Shown: positions 34,828-43,761 of the stretch, piece after piece
Position numbering within the stretch: the stretch's first letter is position 1
Layout of the letters: each line of letters begins with the position of its first letter
NCBI GenBank assembly: GCA_964007735.1
Contig: CAXGAI010000038.1
Coordinates: forward strand, 1 to 46,495
DNA from: an uncultured Rhodopirellula sp.
GTDB lineage: Bacteria > Planctomycetota > Planctomycetia > Pirellulales > Pirellulaceae
Reading direction: 5' to 3'
Length of the DNA: 46,495 nt
Translations under genes and position numbers: made by a program
Notes under the pieces: generated by a model
What the model was told of the DNA's origin: nothing
The model's database searches: none
Seen by the model: the letters and a program-made list of their open reading frames with translations, nothing else

Positions 34828-36303
34828 ATGAAAATTATCGATTACATCACCTGCTTCATTGTTTCTGTATGTGCCGCGGCCGTTTCAGCCGAAGATTGGC
34901 CTCAATTCAGAGGCCCTAATTCCTCGGGCGTGTCGACCTCCAAAGTCACGCTACCAACGCAATTCAATAGCTCTGACAATGTGAAATGGTCGGCGAATTT
35001 AGGTGATGGGATCGGTTCCCCCGTCGTGGCAAACGGAAAGGTGTTCGTGGCCTCTATGATTGATGATGACCACGTTGGTTTACATGCCTTTGATGCCGCC
35101 AGCGGGAAAGAGATATGGGCGCAACAATGGCACACTCCTAACCTTATTCCTGTACACAAGACTAACAGCCAATGTGCCACAACACCCGCTGCCGATGACG
35201 ACCGGGTGTATTTTTACTTCAGCACACTAGGCCTCATTGCGTTAGATGCTTCTACCGGTAAACAACAATGGAAGCATGATATCCCAACGCCATTTTTTGT
35301 TTTTCGCTGGGGACCTGCGATGTCGCCGACGCTATACAAAGATAAAGTGATCTTCTTACAGGATGATGATCTTAATCCATCTATCGTTGCACTTCACCGG
35401 GAAACCGGTGAAGTGGCATGGCGGGACGACCGTAGTGATCAGGCGGTTAATTATTCCCACCCGGTGATTTCCAAAACCGACTCCGGTGATGAAATTATCG
35501 TTGCCGGAACCGGCATGCTCATCGGCTATAACCCTGACACTGGCGAACGTAAATGGCACGCCAGGGTTCTCTTAAGGAATATCAAAACCACTCCGGTCGT
35601 CGAAAACGGTATTGTTTACATTAGTGTCCAGAGTGGTGGGATCGCAAACCAATGGCTCGCCTCCGCGGATCGTGCTGAGACTGGAGACAGCAACGGAAAA
35701 CTAAGTAAGGATGAAATGCATGCTATCGTTCCCTCGGGACGTGTCCCGGACGCTTTCTTTAAGAAAACATTCGATCGCGGGGACCTTAACAAGGATGGAT
35801 ATCTAGAGGGCGAAGAACTGGACATCGCCTTCCTGCATCCCGACAACTTTGCCGGGGCACGATTTGATGCCAAAGAGGCCGCCGACGAATACGTCATGGC
35901 GGTAAGGTCTGGAGGAATCGGAGATGTTACTGAAAGCCACCTACTATGGAAACACCCAACTAAATACACTGATCACATCGTATCTCCTTTAGTATCCAAT
36001 GGTCGCATGCTTTTAATTAAAGGAGGCGGCATCCGTACCGTATTCGATACCAAAAAGGGTAAATCTTTGGGGCGGCAGACACGCATACAAAATACATGTG
36101 AATATTTTGCTTCCCCGATTGTAGGCGATGGGAAAATTTATATCGCTGGTGAAAACGGGGTCGTTGTTGTACTCGAAGATTCTAACGAATATAAGGTACT
36201 GGCAAAAAATGATATGGGCGACTCCATTCTTGCGACACCTGCGATCGCTGATGGCAGTCTCTTTATTCGTACCCGTTCGAAACTGATCTGCGTTGGCAAA
36301 TAA
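34828..36303 (+). CDS. Secreted PQQ-binding-like (BamB-like) beta-propeller protein with EF-hand insertion
   Basis: Signal peptide followed by EDWPQFRGP; repeated A.DA.TG...W blades; DSNGKLSKDE and DLNKDGYLEGEE loops; ATPAIADGSLFIRT at the C-terminus. Confidence 0.88.
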   Translation: MKIIDYITCFIVSVCAAAVSAEDWPQFRGPNSSGVSTSKVTLPTQFNSSDNVKWSANLGDGIGSPVVANGKVFVASMIDDDHVGLHAFDAASGKEIWAQQWHTPNLIPVHKTNSQCATTPAADDDRVYFYFSTLGLIALDASTGKQQWKHDIPTPFFVFRWGPAMSPTLYKDKVIFLQDDDLNPSIVALHRETGEVAWRDDRSDQAVNYSHPVISKTDSGDEIIVAGTGMLIGYNPDTGERKWHARVLLRNIKTTPVVENGIVYISVQSGGIANQWLASADRAETGDSNGKLSKDEMHAIVPSGRVPDAFFKKTFDRGDLNKDGYLEGEELDIAFLHPDNFAGARFDAKEAADEYVMAVRSGGIGDVTESHLLWKHPTKYTDHIVSPLVSNGRMLLIKGGGIRTVFDTKKGKSLGRQTRIQNTCEYFASPIVGDGKIYIAGENGVVVVLEDSNEYKVLAKNDMGDSILATPAIADGSLFIRTRSKLICVGK

Positions 36304-36329
36304 CCGGTCAGACTTACAGGAGTGATTCC

Positions 36330-37247
36330 ATGAATGAACGCCTCGTGTTTCTTTCCGGTGATTTCGTATTGGAAAGCGAAGCTCGTATTTCTATCTTTGA
36401 TGCCGCCGTAAATTTAGGCCATTGCGTCACTGACTCGTCGAGAACATTTCGTCACAAACCCTTTAAGCTTGAGCAGCATATATCGCGGCTATACGATTCT
36501 CTTAAAGTAGCGAGGATCGATCCCGGCATGGACCCTGGTGAAATGCTCGCTATCACCGTTGAACTGCTGGAACGAAACCTGAAGTTATACGCACCTCAGG
36601 ACGATTGCTGGATCGTGCATAATGTCTCTTCCGGTGTTATACCGATGGGACCTAGTCCACTACAGACCTCTCAAGCCACCATCATGATTGCCAATCAACC
36701 ACTGCTCCTTACCGGTTGGCAAAAATATTACCATGAAGGCTGCCATGCCGTGACGCCCTTTAGTCGTCAAATCCCTTCGCAGTCTTTAGATGCGCGGATA
36801 AAAAATCGTAGTCGCATGTTTTACACTCTTGCAGAACAGGAGGTAAAAATAGTGGATCCGGACGCACAGAGCGTTATCCTCGACGTAGATGGCTTCGTTG
36901 CTGAAAACAAGGGAGGCAACCTCTTTATCGTAAAAGATGGAATAGTACGAACGCCCTCCTCGATCAACGGTCTTGCTGGCATTACCCGTCAAACAACCTT
37001 AGAGATCTGTCATTCGCTTAGTATTCCCACGGAGGAGACCCGTCTACTTCCTTACGACTTGTACACCGCTGATGAGATCTTCTTTACCAGCACCCCTTAT
37101 TGCCTCATGCCTGCGACAAGATTCAATGGTTTAGTCGTGGGCGATGGTAAGGTGGGCCCTCTATCCAAAGCAATCCTTAAGGGTTGGCATGATCTTACCG
37201 GGTTGGACGTCATAGCACAGGCAGACTCCCAGATGGTGGATGATTAG
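36330..37247 (+). CDS. PLP-dependent class IV aminotransferase (IlvE/D-amino-acid aminotransferase/PabC-like)
   Basis: ARISIFD; FKLEQHISRLYDS; DARIKNRS (PLP Lys); AENKGGNLF; LAGITR; DLYTADEIFFTST; VGDGKVGP. Confidence 0.88.
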   Translation: MNERLVFLSGDFVLESEARISIFDAAVNLGHCVTDSSRTFRHKPFKLEQHISRLYDSLKVARIDPGMDPGEMLAITVELLERNLKLYAPQDDCWIVHNVSSGVIPMGPSPLQTSQATIMIANQPLLLTGWQKYYHEGCHAVTPFSRQIPSQSLDARIKNRSRMFYTLAEQEVKIVDPDAQSVILDVDGFVAENKGGNLFIVKDGIVRTPSSINGLAGITRQTTLEICHSLSIPTEETRLLPYDLYTADEIFFTSTPYCLMPATRFNGLVVGDGKVGPLSKAILKGWHDLTGLDVIAQADSQMVDD

Positions 37248-37252
37248 TAAAT

Positions 37253-38593
37253 ATGGATAGAGACAATTCCGATTTTACTTCCGTCGCAAAATCAATGGAA
37301 CTTTACCACCAGGCAACGCGTTTGATCCCCGGGGCAACGCAATTAATTAGTCGCCGTCCCACACGGTATGCTTACGGTTTTTCCCCCGCGTACGCCGTTG
37401 CGGGCAAAGGTAGTCGCTTTACAGATGTCGATGGAAACGTTTTTATCGACTGGGTAAGCGGGATTGGCGCAACGATCCTCGGATACTGCGATCCAATCGT
37501 TGATGACGCCGTGAAACGACAGATTGACTCGGGCACTATGTACTCCGTCAGTCACCCAATCGAATTAGAACTGGCAGAACTGCTAATCAACCGCATCCCC
37601 TGCGCTGAAATGGTGAGGTTTGCTAAAGGTGGTGGTGATGCCTGTGCTGTAGCAATCCGCATTGCTCGGGGAACGACCGGTAAAGACACCATTCTATTTA
37701 GTGGATACCACGGTTGGCATGATTGGTATTTGGCTGCTAATCACGACGCCGGTGGACTAGACTCCCACCTATTTCCCGGCATTGATCCTATTGGCGTACC
37801 AAAGGCTCTGACGAAGACGGCGATACCTTTTGCATATGATGATCTTGATTCCCTCTCAGTACTACTTGACGCTCACCAACATGAAGTAGCAGCCATTATG
37901 ATGGAACCGTTACGAAGCGAGTTCCCTTCTAATGGGTATCTACAGGGAGTACGCAACCTAGCCGATAAATACGGAGTCTTGTTAATCTTTGATGAAGTAT
38001 CTACCGGCTTCCGACCGACATCCGCAGGCATTCAACCGCTCGTAAATGTCCAGCCTGATATTGCGGTCTTCGCCAAGTCAATCTCGAATGGTTATCCGAT
38101 GGGCGCGGTTGTCGGCACGCGTGAGGCCATGGAGCCTGCCGCACAAATGTTTATATCAAGCACCTATTGGAGCGATACCATTGGGATTCGGGCGGCAATC
38201 ACGACTCTTGAAGAAATAGAGAAACGCGAAACCACGAAAACGATCCATAAAATCGGTCAACAATTAAAGGTAGCCGTGAATACACTCCTGCAGGACTACT
38301 CATTGCCCGCTACCTGCAGCGGAGTCGATTGGCACCCCTATCTTCACTTCGACGCAGGGCACGACACCCGCCTTTTGAATAGCCTATTCATTCAGGAAAT
38401 GGCGAAACGCTCGGTTCATATGGGGACATCATTTTACATCAATGAAGCACATGGAGAGACCGAGCTTGAGGAGACGCTCTCGGCGATGCGGGACGTGTTT
38501 CTAATAATTCGAAATGCACTGGACGCGGAAATTCTTCCAGATTTAATCGAAACAATTCCCCAAGTCGACCTATTCCGTCGGCTCGTTAAATAA
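37253..38593 (+). CDS. PLP-dependent class III aminotransferase (glutamate-1-semialdehyde aminomutase-like)
   Basis: GKGSRFTDVDGNVFIDW; AEMVRFAKGG; GYHGWHDW; AAIMMEP; LIFDEVSTGFR; FAKSISNGYPMG. Confidence 0.9.
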   Translation: MDRDNSDFTSVAKSMELYHQATRLIPGATQLISRRPTRYAYGFSPAYAVAGKGSRFTDVDGNVFIDWVSGIGATILGYCDPIVDDAVKRQIDSGTMYSVSHPIELELAELLINRIPCAEMVRFAKGGGDACAVAIRIARGTTGKDTILFSGYHGWHDWYLAANHDAGGLDSHLFPGIDPIGVPKALTKTAIPFAYDDLDSLSVLLDAHQHEVAAIMMEPLRSEFPSNGYLQGVRNLADKYGVLLIFDEVSTGFRPTSAGIQPLVNVQPDIAVFAKSISNGYPMGAVVGTREAMEPAAQMFISSTYWSDTIGIRAAITTLEEIEKRETTKTIHKIGQQLKVAVNTLLQDYSLPATCSGVDWHPYLHFDAGHDTRLLNSLFIQEMAKRSVHMGTSFYINEAHGETELEETLSAMRDVFLIIRNALDAEILPDLIETIPQVDLFRRLVK

Positions 38594-38610
38594 GTCTAGG
38601 TGATAATCAC

Positions 38611-39603
38611 GTGTTCAAGAAAGTACTCATCGTCGGTGTGGGATCCATTGGCAACCGGCACCTCCGTTGTTTTTTGAAAACCAAACGCGTACGGTTGGCG
38701 ATATGCGATTCGGATGTTGCCCTGACTGAATCGGTGGCAAAACGGTATGGAGTCAAGGAATTGTATACTTCCCTCGAGAACGCTCTTGAAAATCCACCGG
38801 ATATCGCCGTGATTTGCACTCCCGCGCACCTTCACATCCCGATGGGAATCCAATTGGCAGAGTCGGGCGTGGATTTGATGATTGAAAAGCCACTCAGCAC
38901 TACCTGTGACAATCTTGTTCGATTAAATAGGGCGGTAGACGACAACCATCTGACTTGCGGCGTAGCCTACGTCCTGAGACATCATCCCTGCCTTATTGAC
39001 GTTCATAAGATCGTGGCTTCCAATCGGTTTGGCGCCCCCCTACAACTTACGCTCACCTCCGGCCAACATTTCCCCTACTACAGGCCCGCCTACCGGGAGA
39101 TCTACTACGCTGACCACAAGACCGGAGGTGGTGCAATCCAGGACGCCCTCACCCACATGATGAACGCAAGCCAATGGCTACTGGGACCAACTACCTCTCT
39201 AATCTGCGATGCGGATCACCTCTCTCTTGATGGGGTCTCGGTCGAAGACACTGTTCATGTGTTGGCTCGACACGGCAATACGATGGCAAGCCTTACTCTC
39301 AATCAGTTTCAGGCCCCTAACGAGTCAACATTAATGCTGAACTTCCAACGCGGTACCATTAGGGTCGAGTTTCATCGGAATCATTGGCATTTTTGCGATA
39401 CACCCCAAGGAGAATGGAAGCTAGGGGCGTCTTATGAAATAGATAGAGATGATCTTTTTATCGACCAGGCCAACGTTTTCCTGGATAATTGCCTTAACCA
39501 AACGGGACCCACGTGCTCATTAGCCGAAGCCACCCACACATTAAATACTAATCTGGCCATGTTGCGATCTACGAAGTCGCAACATTGGATTGACCTTACC
39601 TAA
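38611..39603 (+). CDS. Gfo/Idh/MocA family NAD(P)-dependent oxidoreductase
   Basis: GTG start; LIVGVGSIGNRH; ICTPAHLH; IEKP; GGGAIQDALTH; VED. Confidence 0.9.
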   Translation: MFKKVLIVGVGSIGNRHLRCFLKTKRVRLAICDSDVALTESVAKRYGVKELYTSLENALENPPDIAVICTPAHLHIPMGIQLAESGVDLMIEKPLSTTCDNLVRLNRAVDDNHLTCGVAYVLRHHPCLIDVHKIVASNRFGAPLQLTLTSGQHFPYYRPAYREIYYADHKTGGGAIQDALTHMMNASQWLLGPTTSLICDADHLSLDGVSVEDTVHVLARHGNTMASLTLNQFQAPNESTLMLNFQRGTIRVEFHRNHWHFCDTPQGEWKLGASYEIDRDDLFIDQANVFLDNCLNQTGPTCSLAEATHTLNTNLAMLRSTKSQHWIDLT

Positions 39604-39621
39604 CCATCTGGACAGGCCTCA

Positions 39622-40404
39622 ATGACAAACACGAATAACGAACTCTTCAGTCTGCAAGACAGGGTAGCCATTGTGACAGGCGGGTCCGGCCACTTAGGTA
39701 CGGCCTTCTGCCACGCGTTAGCTGACGCCGGCGCTCGCGTTATTGTGACTAGCAGATCCATCGAACGCGCTCAGAACACAGCAGACACATTGAGCGGCAG
39801 CGGGCATTTAGGACTGTCGCTAGACCACAAGAGCGAGGAAAGTATCGAACAGTTCATGGTTTCCGCCCTTGCTGCGTGCGGGCAAATTGATATTTTAGTT
39901 AACAATGGTACCCACGGAGCGGGCAACGATTGGACTACCGTTGACCAGGAGCAATTTAACGATCAAATGGCGAATGCGTCAGCCTATTTTCTGCTAGGTA
40001 GATTATTGCGCGATCACGTTGTTTCCCGTTCCACTTCGGGCTCCATCATCAACATTGGCTCAATGTACGGATTAGTGGCATCTTATCCTGACGCTTACGA
40101 AGGCATTTGCAACTACAGCCCCGCTTCTTATCATGCTCTCAAAGGAGGGATCATCCATATGACCCGACATCTCGCGGTGTATTGGGCAAATGATAAGGTA
40201 AGGGTTAACTGCTTAAGCCCAGGGCCGTTCCCCGGTCCCGAGGCGCCTCTTGATATGGTTTCACGATTATGTACCAAGAGCCCGATGAAACGCATGGGCG
40301 AACCGCAGGAACTGAAGGGTGCTCTGTTGCTGTTGGCGAGCGACGCTGGCAGTTATATCACCGGTCAAAACATAGTTGTCGACGGCGGTTGGACTTCGTG
40401 GTGA
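39622..40404 (+). CDS. SDR family oxidoreductase (PtmA/gluconate 5-dehydrogenase-like)
   Basis: VTGGSGHLG; IDILVNNG; SIINIGSMYG; YHALKGG (YxxxK); VRVNCLSPG; SYITGQNIVVDGG. Confidence 0.92.
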   Translation: MTNTNNELFSLQDRVAIVTGGSGHLGTAFCHALADAGARVIVTSRSIERAQNTADTLSGSGHLGLSLDHKSEESIEQFMVSALAACGQIDILVNNGTHGAGNDWTTVDQEQFNDQMANASAYFLLGRLLRDHVVSRSTSGSIINIGSMYGLVASYPDAYEGICNYSPASYHALKGGIIHMTRHLAVYWANDKVRVNCLSPGPFPGPEAPLDMVSRLCTKSPMKRMGEPQELKGALLLLASDAGSYITGQNIVVDGGWTSW

Positions 40405-40465
40405 CCTGCCGGTTGCCCCCCAAAATACTTGGATTACAACTACCCGTCTCAACGCGACCGCCCCA

Positions 40466-41239
40466 TTAATTAAACACCGTCGTGACACTACCGCCATTAG
40501 TAAAACTACAAGTTACTTCGTCACCGGTGTGGACAGAAATTAGCTGAGTGGCTGAGCCGGGAATCACCAGATCGCCAGCTTTCAAGGCGCAGTTCCGTTT
40601 ACTGAGATGCCTAATTAGAGATCGGAGCGAATTGAGGGGCCCTTCCATAATGTCGGCTGCCACACCCGATGCCACTAGTTTCCCATTTACAAAGACTCCA
40701 ACCCCCTCCAGCAGCCAGTCAATCCTGCAAGCGTCAACCTTTGTACGGCCTACTATCTGCGCGGCATGTAGTCCATTTGAACATATCAATTCCTGTCGGG
40801 TGGGGGAGGAGTAATGATAGACGTAATTGTGAAGTTCGATTCCCGGTTGCACGAATCCAATGGCAGCAAGCAATTCCTCGTCACTGCATTGGTCGTCGTG
40901 TAAATCCTGATTAAGTGTCAAAACAAACTCCGGCTCAATCGCTAACGAGTAAAACTCATTAGCGTTTACCTCTTCCCCTTCTTGGATAACGCCTGGCTTC
41001 ATTAAGCGACCAAAAATAGGTTCCTTAAATCCAAATTGCTCGCGGATGGCCGCACTGGTACAACCAACTTTATAGCCACAAGGCTCGTCGCCGTCGGAGA
41101 TACGTAATGACTCATAACGACGCTGGCATTCATAAGCCTCGTCCATAGTCAACTCAGAAATATCATCGATCGCCGGCGAAAATTCGCCAAACTTGTAGAA
41201 GCGATAAAACGAACGAGATATGTTGGGGATACTTGTCAT
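40466..41239 (-). CDS. 2-keto-4-pentenoate hydratase-like protein (FAH superfamily)
   Basis: Start moved to the ATG at 41239. EAYECQ; GYKVGCTS; EPIFGRL; IEPEF; ICSNG; GPLNSL; LKAGDLVIPGS. Confidence 0.85.
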   Translation of the reverse strand: MTSIPNISRSFYRFYKFGEFSPAIDDISELTMDEAYECQRRYESLRISDGDEPCGYKVGCTSAAIREQFGFKEPIFGRLMKPGVIQEGEEVNANEFYSLAIEPEFVLTLNQDLHDDQCSDEELLAAIGFVQPGIELHNYVYHYSSPTRQELICSNGLHAAQIVGRTKVDACRIDWLLEGVGVFVNGKLVASGVAADIMEGPLNSLRSLIRHLSKRNCALKAGDLVIPGSATQLISVHTGDEVTCSFTNGGSVTTVFN

Positions 41240-41317
41240 GTTCAATAAAATATACTTAAGAGATCGTTTTTTCAATCGGCCTGCATATTTTTCCCTATCC
41301 AATCCCCAGGACTCCCA

Positions 41318-42229
41318 ATGATGTCATTCAAATTAATCTTAATCCTCGCACTCGTTCTCGCCTCCACCTCAGCAGGTAATGCGAAGGAATACCACGTCTA
41401 TTACCTAGGTGGGCAATCGAATATGGACGGTTATGGACGAGTGTCGGAACTAACGGGTACCGCGAGGGAAGGCCAAAAACACGTCATGATATTTCATGGC
41501 TCGAGTGCTCCCGACGGCTCACCGGCGCTCGGGGCAGGGATATGGGCTCCGTTACGTCCTGGACACGGATATGATTTCCGTTCTGATGGAAAGACAAATA
41601 CATATGGCGCGCGATTTGGATGTGAATTAACATTTGCGAGCGAGATGAAGCGTCTTAGGCCAAATGAAAACATTGCCATTATTAAGTACTCACGGGGTGG
41701 CACATCCATAGCTGTCGAAGCCGCGCGAAATTACGGATGTTGGCATCCGCATTTCAAGGGTAGCGACGGAAAAGGAATCAACCAATATGATCATTTCCTC
41801 GCAACATTGCGAAACGCCTTTGACGTCAGGGATATCGACGGTGACGGAGAGGTCGACCGACTCATACCTTCCGGGGTCATCTGGATGCAGGGAGAAAGCG
41901 ATGCCGGGTTCGAAGTTCCTGCTAACAACTACGAAGCTAACTTAGCACAGCTTATGGATCTGGTCCGAGCAGCACTCCGAACTGACGGTTTACCTGTCGC
42001 CGTTGCCAGAATTTCCGATTCTATGCCAAATGGTAAACGATTATGGCCCTATGGCGATATTGTTAGAACACAGCAGACTAAGTATTGCAAAAATGATTCG
42101 AACGCCATCCTCGTGACGAGTACGGACGATTATGGATATTCAGATATCGCGCATTATGACAGTCAAGGATATCTTGATTTGGGCAGGCAATTCGCCCGAG
42201 CTATTCATAGCTTGCAGAATCTTCGCTAG
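41318..42229 (+). CDS. Secreted sialate O-acetylesterase-like (SASA/DUF303) SGNH carbohydrate esterase
   Basis: Signal peptide; YLGGQSNMDG; FGCELTFA; KYSRGGT; IWMQGESDA; DIAHYD (DxxH). Confidence 0.9.
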   Translation: MMSFKLILILALVLASTSAGNAKEYHVYYLGGQSNMDGYGRVSELTGTAREGQKHVMIFHGSSAPDGSPALGAGIWAPLRPGHGYDFRSDGKTNTYGARFGCELTFASEMKRLRPNENIAIIKYSRGGTSIAVEAARNYGCWHPHFKGSDGKGINQYDHFLATLRNAFDVRDIDGDGEVDRLIPSGVIWMQGESDAGFEVPANNYEANLAQLMDLVRAALRTDGLPVAVARISDSMPNGKRLWPYGDIVRTQQTKYCKNDSNAILVTSTDDYGYSDIAHYDSQGYLDLGRQFARAIHSLQNLR

Positions 42230-42230
42230 T

Positions 42231-43601
42231 TTATAACAACTCGCGTATTACCTCACCCTCAGGCAGAACCGCGATGGGCCTCCCTTCACGAGTCGTGGTG
42301 TGCCAATGCCTCTCAATTCCCAAGTGACGATAGACCGTCGCAAGAACATCGTTAGGGTGAATCGGACGGTCGATAGGTGTTTCACCACGAGAATTCGAGG
42401 CACCAAGGACCTGTCCTGTTTTTATCCCGCCACCTGCCAACAAAATGCTCATCAAAGGTCCCCAATGGTCCCTGCCGCCTGTTTTGTTAATTCGGGGAGT
42501 TCGCCCAAATTCGCCCCAGACAAGTAACAATACCTTTTTATCAAGCCCGCGCTGATATAGATCTGTTACAAGTGCAGCTACCATCTGATCTAGAGGCGGC
42601 CCCGACAAATCCATACCTCGGCTTGGCCCGAGAGTCCCGTCCGCTGGACGACGATCGTTGACGATATTTAAATGCCAGTCCCAGCAAAGGGAATCAGGCG
42701 CCGTGTTGATGGTGACAAAGGATACTCCAGATTCCACCAAACGTCTCGCAAGCAAAGCGGATTGCCCCCAGCGATGCGTCCCGTATAAATCATGAACATG
42801 CTGAGGCTCTTTGGAGAGGTCAAAGGCTTTTCGGGCTTTGCCACTTGTTACCATATCCAATGCCATGTGACTAAACCTGTCGATCCCGGCCATCGTACGA
42901 CTACGGTCGATCGCCCGCGAAAAAGTATCGAGCGAACTTAATAGGCTTCGCCGGTCACTAACACGATCAACCGTCATGTCATCCGCTAATTTCAAATTCG
43001 CGGTGGCTGCCGACAACAAGGATTTTTGATACTTGGACTGATAGGGATCTTGAAAAACGGTGAATGCTCCATGGCCGGCCCCAAGGTGACCCGCACCCAT
43101 AACTTCGCCGATGTTAGGATTTCGGGTTTGTTCCTCCGACAAGAGGACATAAGGCGGCATGCCCTCGCGTCTAGGCCCCAAGAAGCGCGAGGTCAGCGAT
43201 CCGGAGGAAGGGTGGCTGGCCTGATTGTTTGTTCCGCGATAACCGGTGGACAGCCAATGGGCTGCTACGAAGTGACCATTTTCACCATGAGAAATGCTAC
43301 GGACCACTGCTGCGCGGTCAACAACTTGCGATGTGCGTGGCATCGTTTCACAAAATCGCACACCGCTGTGAAGTGTCGGGATAGTGCCATAAGGACCACG
43401 TATTTCGACGGGGGCGTCAGGTTTCGGGTCAAACGTCTCAAATTGGGACGGCCCACCGCCTAACCAAATCTGAATAACGGCTGTGTCCTTCGTTAAATTC
43501 CCACTGGCTTCCTTACCGCGCACCACCTGTTCAAGGCTAATGCCTAATCCGCCGGCAGTGACTGCCGATTTTAGGAATTGTCGTCGATGAGATTTTCTCA
43601 T
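42231..43601 (-). CDS. DUF1501 family protein, subtype B
   Basis: HRRQFL Tat motif; IWLGGGPSQFETFDPKPDAPVEIRGPY; LARRLVESGV; WDWH; EFGRTPRIN; GRDHWG; GRPIAVLPEGEVIRELL. Confidence 0.93.
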   Translation of the reverse strand: MRKSHRRQFLKSAVTAGGLGISLEQVVRGKEASGNLTKDTAVIQIWLGGGPSQFETFDPKPDAPVEIRGPYGTIPTLHSGVRFCETMPRTSQVVDRAAVVRSISHGENGHFVAAHWLSTGYRGTNNQASHPSSGSLTSRFLGPRREGMPPYVLLSEEQTRNPNIGEVMGAGHLGAGHGAFTVFQDPYQSKYQKSLLSAATANLKLADDMTVDRVSDRRSLLSSLDTFSRAIDRSRTMAGIDRFSHMALDMVTSGKARKAFDLSKEPQHVHDLYGTHRWGQSALLARRLVESGVSFVTINTAPDSLCWDWHLNIVNDRRPADGTLGPSRGMDLSGPPLDQMVAALVTDLYQRGLDKKVLLLVWGEFGRTPRINKTGGRDHWGPLMSILLAGGGIKTGQVLGASNSRGETPIDRPIHPNDVLATVYRHLGIERHWHTTTREGRPIAVLPEGEVIRELL

Positions 43602-43761
43602 TAATTATTTATTTTATGCGATGAACAAGCAGATCTACCTACCAATATTTTAAGGAATCCTTCCTCTCGATTTCCATAGTTTTTTAATTTTTACCGGTAT
43701 CGTTACGCCAGTCCGGTGTTAGATATGTACTCAATGTTACAGTCCGTAGTAAAATCACATT

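Noticed and set aside
37253..38593. Naming this gene hemL because of the many cytochromes nearby
   Set aside because: GYHGWHDW, KGGGDA and FAKSISNG differ from the canonical HemL motifs as I recall them (YHGH.D, SGTEA, GKIIGGG), and the context is dehydrogenases. No symbol assigned.
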